Assembly (NCBI RefSeq): GCF_000143415.4
Contig: NW_003314342.1
Span: forward strand, 395,569-459,568
Direction of reading: 5' to 3'
Origin: Selaginella moellendorffii
Taxonomy: Eukaryota > Plantae > Lycopodiophyta
Length of the DNA: 64,000 nt
The notes beneath the pieces were generated by a model, which was not told the DNA's origin, made no database searches, and worked only from the letters and a program-made list of their open reading frames with translations. Shown in pieces: positions 62,085 through 64,000 of the stretch (positions are counted from its first letter, which is position 1; each line of letters begins with the position of its first letter). The translations under genes were made by a program, and so were the position numbers.

Positions 62085-63273
62085 ATGGCGGGGACATTGC
62101 CTTTGCCGCATTTTCCAAATTCTCCGGCACTTGGTGGAGCTTCTACGAGGTAGAGAATGGCATTTTGTTCCTAACAGACTATAAGAGCCCAAAGTTGATT
62201 TACAGGCTATGCTGCCAAAGGAGGGATAGTGTTTCCAGATCCTCCATTGATACTCCTGCCAATGCCAGACTTCTCACTGGGTGTAGAGATTCTTTCAATC
62301 AGCAGCCAAATTTCTATCTTGTCCGCGAAGCACGGTCCGATGAAGATTTCTGGGTAAGTGTTTCTTGGAGCAGCCTATGTCTAAGTTTTTTCCTTCTTTG
62401 TTTTAAACATTTCCAGACAGCTTCCTGGCTGCGTTCTGAATGCTACTTTGAAGATCAAGGCTCTGATCGGTACACTACATTTCAAAAGAAAGAAAAAACA
62501 CCAAATGTTCTCTTTGCTTTTTTTTTTTTTTTCCGCTGTGGCAGCTTCGTCCAAAGCTACAAAAAGAAATTCTCCGAACAGGTGATATAGTTTATAGCCA
62601 TTGTTTCTTGAAGCTTTTGTGGCAGGAGTTCATAACTTTGAAGCGACGCTGCGCTGGAAGATATGGTAACTGCTTACGATGCACCTGCTTGTTAGCGGTA
62701 AACTCTAGAGCTCTTTCGTTCTAGCCTGTATGTAAGTATCCTCTCATGCCAGGTCCTTAACGATGGATCATCCCTGCTCAATCGGGTCATTGGAACAACG
62801 GACTTAAGCTTGCGTCAAGCTTTGCCAACAGCACAGCCCAGAGTACTGGATCCGTTCTTCTCCTATGTGTGTGATTCCTTGTTTGTTCCCAGGATGACTC
62901 GAGGACTCTTGGCATTCAAACCCAGCCTTATGGCTACATTGCAAACGTATGCGTGTCGAGAAGCCATCGGAGAAGAGGAGTTGCCTCCAGTTTGCTTGAA
63001 TCCGCTGTGCAAGTAGCCAAGTTTTGGGGTTGGATCCTTTCTTTCCTCCTGCTACCTCATAATTCTTCTTCTCGTTCATCTTTCAGGATTGAAAAGAGTG
63101 TATGTTCATGTCGATTCTGGTAACAAAGCTGCAAGGCTGGTCTATCATCGCCAAGGATTTCAGGTAAATATTGGCTCTAGTTTTTCACTTCTTTTCCCAA
63201 ACTACAAACTTTCTAGCTTGTACAAGCGCGAAATCCCGATGATCACATCTTGCTGCTTAGCCTTGAGCTGTAA
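62085..63273 (+). CDS. GNAT N-acetyltransferase (plastid GNAT-like), multi-exon
   Basis: FWTASWLRSE, YKKKFSEQEF, VIGTTDLS, YGYIANVCVSRSHRRRGVA (acetyl-CoA motif), VYVHVDSGNKAARLVYHRQGF. Confidence 0.85.
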
Positions 63274-63506
63274 AACTTGAGGTAATACACATACCATAAA
63301 CTTGAGCTTTCTCTCTGCTCTAACATTGTTTTTCAGTCCAGTAATGTCACATCCAGTCCATCCATTCGAGATCATCTCGCGGCTGCAATGCCTCCACGTA
63401 GTCGTAGGAATGAAATAGGGCGCGGATGTAAATTTCTCGCGTGGAGAAGCTCGCGTTTTCGTCAGATCCGATCTGAAGAGTTTCCAGCAGCTCCAAAAAA
63501 TTCCGG

Positions 63507-64000
63507 ATGGTTGTTTGCAAATGCCGAGCGGTAAGCTTTTGATCCTTCTCTCTTTTGATTCTTTGTAGCTAAGATTTATAGATGCTTGATCGATTTGATC
63601 GCTTTGGTTCGTTTCAGTCGACCAGGCTCTATTGTTTCGTCCACAAAGTTCCAGTGTGCTCTCAATGCATTTGCTTCCAGCAACATCAGCTATGCGTTGT
63701 AAGTTTCTAGCTTTTTTTCTTCGCAAGAACGAGCAACAAAACAATTTTTTTTCTCGTCGAAGGTCCGAACTTACGCGGAATGGGTTGTGGATGGAGATTA
63801 TGATTGGCCTCCTCAGTGTAGTCTCTGCCAGCAATCGCTACTCGGTGCCGAGGGAGACGTGATTCGTCTCGGTTGCTTGCGTAAGACTTCTCTTTTTTTC
63901 TACGATCGTATCGCTCTGATGCTCTTCTTCTTTCGCAGATCTGCTGCACGGAGCTTGCCTGGAAACGCTCTTGACGAGTGGCGACTTGCATGGTTCTTCG
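63507..64000 (+). CDS. ZFPL1: Zinc finger protein-like 1 homolog, 5' part (runs off the window)
   Basis: Spliced MVVCKCRA..LYCFVHKVPVCSQCI..HQLCVVRTYAEWVVDGDYDWPPQC..RLGCLHLLH. Confidence 0.85.

Noticed and set aside
61621-62130. 169-aa minus-strand ORF next to the GNAT
   Set aside because: No recognisable motif; it overlaps the GNAT start and crosses intron-like tracts.

Overview
Gene-dense plant nuclear DNA. The very short introns (44-65 nt), tiny intergenic gaps and four intronless PLS-class PPR genes fit a compact lycophyte genome such as Selaginella (inference). Apparently intact genes: GAUT8-like, 4 PPRs, RMI2, PTOX, CER16/Aven-like, a coiled-coil protein, NDUFAF7, RMF-type F-box, NOC4, a minimal USP, a divergent Dof, organellar RF1, At5g48340-like, an atypical ZF-HD, ATG18, a GNAT and ZFPL1 (cut by the window end). 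There is also a decayed Ty3/gypsy LTR element. The 16.5-43.5 kb interval is heavily rearranged. (1) A ~9.7-kb block (26.7-36.5 kb) looks circularly permuted: a glutathionyl-hydroquinone reductase gene has its 3' exons at the left end and its first exon at the right end, and an internal junction fuses a truncated EamA gene to a truncated RING-CH gene. This is the pattern expected from insertion through a circular DNA intermediate. (2) An AZG purine permease gene is broken by an inversion-duplication that makes a 777-bp inverted repeat with templated filler DNA at both junctions, a candidate hairpin-siRNA locus. (3) Two pseudogene copies with complementary lesions reconstruct a small secreted protein whose C-terminus resembles bacterial YvgO-type proteins. 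Family assignments come from motif recall, not database searches, and exon boundaries were read by eye.
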